Program-made: the position numbers and the translations under genes
NCBI RefSeq assembly: GCF_002803295.2
Contig: NZ_PGGB02000004.1
Span: forward strand, 40,842 to 50,514
From: Caedibacter taeniospiralis
GTDB taxonomy: Bacteria > Pseudomonadota > Gammaproteobacteria > Francisellales > Francisellaceae
Length of the DNA: 9,673 nucleotides
Direction of reading: 5' to 3'
In this document: positions 7,756 to 9,673 of the stretch, in pieces
Numbering within the stretch: the stretch's first letter is position 1
Layout: each line of letters opens with the position of its first letter
Notes under the pieces: generated by a model
What the model was told of the DNA's origin: nothing
The model's database searches: none
What the model saw: the letters and a program-made list of their open reading frames with translations, nothing else

Positions 7756-8961
7756 ATGCCGCTTTTCACTGATCTGCCCGAGAAATATCGCCGTAAGCCC
7801 ACCCTTGATTTTTGGCCTTTTTCATATCAAGGCTCAGTGAACTTACATTGGGAACGTGCGCTGTTAGAACTGGAAAACTTACATGATTTATCCTTTGAAT
7901 TTAAAGCCTTTCTACGCGCAAAATTCAACAGCAACAGTCAAACTGATATAAAGACGCTCAAAAAACTTGATCAACTTTTTCAATCAGCTTCCTTAGGAAC
8001 AACAGAAAAAATTGTCCATACCTATAGCTATTGTGTGGACTGGCTTAACCTGTTTCGTAACACTTATGAAATTTTGGCATTAAGCATCAAACCACTGGCG
8101 TTGCAGTTACCCTTTATCGGCTTAGCCTGGCAGGTATTTGATGCAACTATACTAACCACCATGGCCATTTATACTCGCCAAAAAGATGACAAATGGGCAA
8201 GCAATCATTATTCGTATACCGCTTCTCAATTGCTCCTTTGTAGTGGTCTTGCGCTTAGTGCTTTAATACTTGCTACTTGTAGTCTATTAAGTATTATGAG
8301 CACATTGGTTACTGCCATCGGCGGGATTACTGCATTAATTATTTCATGGGCGTTAAGTGAACGTGCTGCCAAGCTTTGTGATGCACGCATTGACTATTTA
8401 ATCCATGAAGAATTATCCATGCAAAAACTGCCGATCTTCACTGATGCTGACGCCGTATTAGAACTGCAAAATAGTTATCAAAAATGGCATGAAACAGTTC
8501 ATAAAGCTCAAAATAGTGAAGCAAGTTATAGAGCATTAATGACTGCACTACAGCATGCTGAAAAGCATCTTGAAGCTAATAAAAATAACAAAAATAATTT
8601 AGACGAGTATCATCAGGCAAAGCTGACATTAAGCTTATGCAAAAATCAAATGAAAAAACGTGAGTTTCTCTATCGCCTGGAAACACCACTTAATTTCTTA
8701 GCTGTCGCAGCAGTAGCATTAAGTGTCTTAGCACTGGTGTTATTCATTATTGGAGCCAATATGGCGACTTTTGGACTTGCCAGTGCTATATTTTGCTCAG
8801 CCATCGTTATTTTTAGCAGCATCTATAATCTGCATCAAAAAAATAAACTTTCCCACGATGAAGCTCACAGCAGTCATGAACAGGCTTCCAAAACCATATA
8901 CCCACACACATTATTCGACCCTCTGCCAAATAATATTTCACCAGCAGCTAACGTGACATGA
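7756..8961 (+). CDS. Uncharacterised membrane protein of about 401 aa with two hydrophobic hairpins separated by a coiled-coil-like region
   Basis: The provided ORF begins at TTG 7750. ATG at 7756 is a more plausible start (MPLFTDLPEKYRRK). Hydrophobic regions at about residues 156-203 and 315-360 flank a charged helical stretch. No obvious Shine-Dalgarno was seen. Confidence 0.88.
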   Translation: MPLFTDLPEKYRRKPTLDFWPFSYQGSVNLHWERALLELENLHDLSFEFKAFLRAKFNSNSQTDIKTLKKLDQLFQSASLGTTEKIVHTYSYCVDWLNLFRNTYEILALSIKPLALQLPFIGLAWQVFDATILTTMAIYTRQKDDKWASNHYSYTASQLLLCSGLALSALILATCSLLSIMSTLVTAIGGITALIISWALSERAAKLCDARIDYLIHEELSMQKLPIFTDADAVLELQNSYQKWHETVHKAQNSEASYRALMTALQHAEKHLEANKNNKNNLDEYHQAKLTLSLCKNQMKKREFLYRLETPLNFLAVAAVALSVLALVLFIIGANMATFGLASAIFCSAIVIFSSIYNLHQKNKLSHDEAHSSHEQASKTIYPHTLFDPLPNNISPAANVT

Positions 8962-9003
8962 TCATATTCCCCGCCCATTCTATGGTGCTGAGTGAGTAGT
9001 GAG

Positions 9004-9086
9004 TAGGGTGGATAAGCGTAGCGCATCCACGCGGTAAAACAGATTGGCTGCGTGTTGGTGGATGTGCCTTTGGCTTATCCACCCTA
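9004..9086. repeat. REP/BIME-like palindromic intergenic element
   Basis: Perfect 14-bp terminal inverted repeats: TAGGGTGGATAAGC (9004-9017) and GCTTATCCACCCTA (9073-9086). Each half also contains its own GTGGAT...ATCCAC hairpin (9009-9030 and 9058-9083). GTAG occurs at the left edge (9003-9006). Confidence 0.75.
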
Positions 9087-9180
9087 ACTAAGTTAAGTCG
9101 TACTCGAGTAATTGAATGGTAACTTTGCAACGATATTGCTACCATAGGCAGCACACTGTAATGTAAAAACAAAATAGCTT

Positions 9181-9673
9181 ATGCCTAAGAAAATTTATAT
9201 CGGTAGCTCAAACTTTGCCGAACTCATCACTGAAAACGCGGTTTTTGTTGATAAAAGCTTGCTTATCAGGGATATAATCGAAGATGCCAGTAAAGTGATA
9301 TTAATCACGCGCCCCAGACGCTTTGGCAAGACCCTCAACATGTCCATGCTGAATCATTTCTTTGCCGCTAAAATTGGTTTTATTGAAACCCAGGGCTTGT
9401 TTGATCATCTCGCCATTGCCAGGGAAAATAATCGTTTTTACCTTAAGGAGTATCAGGGCAAATATCCCGTGATCTTTGTGAGCTTTAAAGACATTAAGGC
9501 GCGCAATTATCAGGAAGCACTTGGACAGTTATCGCTTTTAGTGCGAGGGATTTTCGGGACGAACTACGATCTATTGGAATCCAAGCGATTAAATGCCATC
9601 GACAAGGAAACTCTAAGCAACTATTTAAGGTTTGAAGTGCTTGATGCGTTCGAAATAGATATAGCCCTAAGAA
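9181..9673 (+). CDS. AAA-ATPase-like protein (PF09820/DUF1703 type), N-terminal part, truncated by the window end
   Basis: ATG at 9181 is open to the window edge: MPKKIYIGSSNFAELITENAVFVDKSLLIRDIIEDASKVILITRPRRFGKTLNMSMLNHFFAAK...YPVIFVSFKDIKARNYQEAL. The 'FVDKS', 'ITRPRRFGKTLNMSML' (Walker-A-like) and 'PVIFVSFKD' motifs are hallmarks of this family, which usually carries a C-terminal PD-(D/E)XK nuclease-like domain (beyond the window). Confidence 0.88.
   Translation, partial: MPKKIYIGSSNFAELITENAVFVDKSLLIRDIIEDASKVILITRPRRFGKTLNMSMLNHFFAAKIGFIETQGLFDHLAIARENNRFYLKEYQGKYPVIFVSFKDIKARNYQEALGQLSLLVRGIFGTNYDLLESKRLNAIDKETLSNYLRFEVLDAFEIDIALR

Noticed and set aside
8750-8956. 68-aa plus-strand ORF from the ORF track
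   Set aside because: It overlaps the C-terminal coding part of the 403-aa gene in another frame. No family signal; likely spurious.
8948-9172. 74-aa minus-strand ORF from the ORF track
   Set aside because: It spans the palindromic REP-like element and flanking intergenic DNA. The translation mainly reflects the repeat.
1-9673. CRISPR array, tRNA/rRNA genes, classical toxin-antitoxin pair or complete transposase
   Set aside because: No regularly spaced repeats, cloverleaf structures, small TA-like gene pair or DDE/tyrosine recombinase motifs were seen on either strand by reading.

Overview
This is a roughly 38% GC (estimated by eye) bacterial window, gammaproteobacterial in style and possibly Legionellales (an inference from style only). 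It holds five complete CDSs and two partial ones. From left to right: (1) the C-terminal end of a probable class-3 lipase, + strand, ends at 240. (2) An uncharacterised 441-aa protein, + strand, whose C-terminal third carries an ordered His...Asp...Gln...Asp-Cys signature resembling CE-clan cysteine peptidases/YopJ-type acetyltransferases. (3) An OmpR/PhoB-type winged-helix regulator, - strand, whose receiver domain appears to have lost the phosphoacceptor Asp and the conserved Thr/Ser and Lys. (4) A probable two-gene operon, - strand, encoding a 976-aa and a 491-aa protein, both with glycine/alanine-rich hydrophobic segments and long helical/charged regions, with no recognised family. (5) A divergently transcribed 403-aa protein with two hydrophobic hairpins separated by a predicted coiled coil. 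(6) A REP/BIME-like palindromic element. (7) The start of an AAA-ATPase-like protein (PF09820/DUF1703 type), truncated at the window edge. The best candidates for undescribed biology are the cryptic CE-clan-like enzyme, the pseudo-receiver regulator, and the cluster of large membrane-hairpin proteins. These look like candidate secreted effectors or membrane-acting factors, but sequence alone does not prove function. No tRNA, rRNA, CRISPR array or complete mobile element was recognised.
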